From Naegleria gruberi (taxonomy: Eukaryota), in assembly GCA_000004985.1 (NCBI GenBank), contig GG739050.1: a stretch of DNA of 9,024 nucleotides. One strand, given 5' to 3'. How positions within the stretch are numbered: the first letter of the stretch is position 1; each line of letters opens with the position of its first letter. The position numbers and the translations under genes are program-made. Positions 7,549 through 9,024 of this stretch are shown here, in pieces. The notes below the pieces were generated by a model. The model made no database searches. It was not told where the DNA came from and saw only the letters and a program-made list of their open reading frames with translations.

Positions 7549-8270
7549 ACGTATGCAAGTCCTTCATTACCAAGCCAATTAACGGAAATACCAAGATTGG
7601 TCAATTGTTTCAATTCACTTAAATATTTTGCTCCTTCAACACCAACACTATTTTCAGCAATAAATAGAGTGGTCAATTGGTTCAATTCACTTATATATTT
7701 AGATCCTTTAGCACCAATATGATTGCCATAAATATTAAGAGTGGTTAATTGTTTCAATTCACTTAGGTATTTAGCTCCAATATGAAAAATATTATGACTA
7801 CGAATATCAAGATTGGTCAATTGTTTCAATTCGCTAATATATCTAACTCCCTCACCACGAATTTGACTGCCATATATATGAAGACTTTTTAATTGTTTCA
7901 ATTCACTTAGATGATGAACTTCTTCTTCTTCAATTCTAATAACAAGTTTAGTTAGTGATTTCATCAAGATTAATTTTTTAAAAGTATCCTCACTCGTTGC
8001 ATTAACTTTAAGAGTTGCAATATTCTGTAAAAATTGGCCACTCATTTCGACACCAAATTTACAATTCGAATCAAGATTATTACATGTTGATAAAATAACA
8101 TTGTACCACTGTTTGGATACCAATGCACAATGCAAGACAATAAAATTAAAATCTTCAAAGAAGGAAATAATTTCATATATAATGTCATTGTGAAATTTAT
8201 AGTCTTGTGCTACGTTCATCATCAACAAGTCCTTTGAAAGTTGTGATTTACATGTTGTGAGTTTTTCCAT
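7549..8270 (-). CDS. F-box/leucine-rich-repeat protein, N-terminal ~240 aa. The 3' remainder is lost in the gap. There is an F-box-like motif near the N-terminus and at least five 24-aa RNI-type LRRs (LSELKQLTNLDIRSHNIFHIGAKY...).
   Basis: The preferred start is the ATG at 8270 ('tcattaaaaaaaATGgaaaaactc' -> MEKLTTCKSQ...). The ORF-track start at 8297 is a TTG. The F-box-like segment is 'DIIYEIISFFEDFNFIVLHCALVSKQWYNVI', with the conserved hydrophobic spacing and the S/C-K-x-W of F-boxes. It is followed by repeated 'LSELKQL(T/K)(N/S/T)L-I-G--IG--G-KY' units. Codon usage (TTA/TTG, CGT/AGA, GGT) matches the neighbouring low-bias genes. Confidence 0.75.
7590..7925 (-). repeat. 72-bp periodic coding repeat (24-aa LRR units) with high nucleotide-level identity. 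Five copies are visible and the array continues into the gap.
   Basis: Plus-strand 'ggtcaattgtttcaattcactt' and variants recur at 7599, 7671, 7743 and 7815, with '..taattgtttcaattcactt' ending at 7895. The period is exactly 72 bp. The sequence right at the gap edge (7549-7590) still encodes LRR-like ...GISVNWLGNEGLAY. Confidence 0.85.
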
Positions 8271-8424
8271 TTTTTTTAATGATAAAGTGATCAACAAATT
8301 TATTTTCAGGTCAACTCGACATTCGAGTATGATGAAAGGTAAATGAAAACATCATGGGAAAAGTTCTAGTTAAATTATCATTAACACGAACAAGGGACAT
8401 TAGATATTTGAAAACAATTGGTAT

Positions 8425-9024
8425 CTATTTATTGGAAGAGTTTACTAAGGCTCTCCTTGAGAAGCTTGTTAGTTTTCTCCACTTTTTATCATAGCCACCA
8501 CATACGACCATCAAGTGCTCGCTCCAACTTCCAAATTCGTACACACTTTCTTCATCAGTGGATGGTAGGCAACTTCTTGGATATTGAACTACATCCATGC
8601 ATAGAATTCTATCTCCCACAGAGGATTGAGAAATTGGTTTGAAAGATATTGGATCCCAAAATCTAACAACTCCATCAAAACCACTGGAAATTATTGATCT
8701 ACCGCATGATGGCTCATACATGATAGTATTCATCAGTTTACCACTTGCTGGTATAGAGTAAACTGGATCTTGTTTAAATTGTTCAGGATTGGAATCTGTT
8801 TGTTTGGCAGCAATAGTTTGACTAATATTTCTTAAATCCCAAACGTTAATCAAACCATCCACACCACCAGTAACCAAATTAATACCATTGTATGGATTGA
8901 ATGAGCAATTGAGTACCTCCTTGACATGGTGAACAAGGTTGGCCACCAACAAGCCAGTTCTTAAATCCCATAATTTGACAATACCATTCATATCAGTTGT
9001 ACACAATAATCCTCCATCAGGATA
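8425..9024 (-). CDS. WD40-repeat protein, C-terminal ~199 aa. The gene continues beyond the window end, and the stop TAG is at 8425-8427.
   Basis: Open minus-strand frame from the window edge ([26 protein letters not shown]...). It has repeated WD signatures: 'IVKLWDL', 'LINVWDL', 'VVRFWDP', each preceded by G/D-rich strands (TGGVDG, SSGFDG). The ORF-track 'start' at 9006 is a TTG and not a real start. Confidence 0.75.
   Translation of the reverse strand, partial: YPDGGLLCTTDMNGIVKLWDLRTGLLVANLVHHVKEVLNCSFNPYNGINLVTGGVDGLINVWDLRNISQTIAAKQTDSNPEQFKQDPVYSIPASGKLMNTIMYEPSCGRSIISSGFDGVVRFWDPISFKPISQSSVGDRILCMDVVQYPRSCLPSTDEESVYEFGSWSEHLMVVCGGYDKKWRKLTSFSRRALVNSSNK

Noticed and set aside
3592-7722. 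Plus-strand ORFs 3592-7722 and 3818-7582, and minus-strand 3812-7594
   Set aside because: They consist almost entirely of X from the N gap. The short real flanks are antisense to the methyltransferase and LRR genes.
3510-8297. 1595-aa minus-strand ORF presented as one protein
   Set aside because: It is a fusion of two unrelated genes, the F-box/LRR N-terminus and a methyltransferase C-terminal region, across 3,725 N's translated as X. The listed start at 8297 is a TTG; the real start is most likely the ATG at 8270 in an aaaaaaaATG context. The gene's true 3' end is not 3510 but, after splicing, 3246.
8418-8642. 74-aa plus-strand ORF
   Set aside because: It is antisense to the WD40 gene's well-supported frame, and it has no start context or homology signature.
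8425-9006. WD40 ORF 'starting' at 9006 with MCTTDM...
   Set aside because: The listed start is a TTG imposed by the ORF finder. The frame stays open to the window edge (…YPDGGLL upstream), so the gene is partial and begins outside the window.
1-9024. CRISPR arrays, restriction-modification, toxin-antitoxin or other prokaryotic defence or mobile systems
   Set aside because: The window is eukaryotic nuclear DNA, with a spliceosomal intron, poly-Asn coding microsatellites, AATAAA signals, F-box/WD40/LRR proteins and about 20% G+C intergenic DNA. No direct-repeat/spacer architecture or prokaryotic operon structure is present.
1-9024. tRNA, rRNA or snRNA genes
   Set aside because: I scanned the few G+C-containing non-coding stretches (44-112, 8306-8345, 3195-3223). 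None has tRNA cloverleaf potential or A/B-box spacing, and none is long enough for rRNA.

Overview
This window is eukaryotic, not prokaryotic. It is very AT-rich, genes start in an A-rich aaaaATG context, a poly-A signal overlaps a stop codon, and there is a short AT-rich GTAAGT...TAG intron. It also has an (AAT)n-encoded poly-Asn protein and LSELKQLTNL-type leucine-rich repeats. Together this looks most like a dictyostelid social amoeba; a similarly AT-rich protist or an anaerobic fungus cannot be excluded from sequence alone. I can support five protein-coding genes. (1) A complete, intronless, divergent profilin-family gene (175-588, +) whose composition and codon usage differ sharply from everything around it. 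(2) A complete Asn-rich low-complexity protein gene (1509-3080, +) preceded by a ~177-bp tandem repeat array (862-~1470). (3) The 3' part of a class-I (Methyltransf_16/METTL21-like) protein-lysine methyltransferase gene on the minus strand. Its last exon (3246-3429) is missed by the ORF track because an 84-bp intron (3430-3513) intervenes. (4) The 5' part of an F-box/LRR-repeat protein gene (8270 down to 7549, -) that runs into the gap. (5) The C-terminal part of a WD40-repeat protein gene (8425-9024, -) that continues past the window edge. Positions 3824-7548 are an assembly gap of 3,725 N. Every ORF-track entry that spans it is an artefact, including the 1595-aa 'protein', which is two unrelated genes joined by X's. 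I found no CRISPR array, no prokaryotic defence or mobile system, no tRNA or rRNA, and no recognisable transposon. The most interesting points are the profilin codon/composition island, the mosaic 177-bp promoter-region minisatellite, the Y/F/C-punctuated Asn domain, and a nucleotide-level 72-bp LRR repeat array that the gap truncates.
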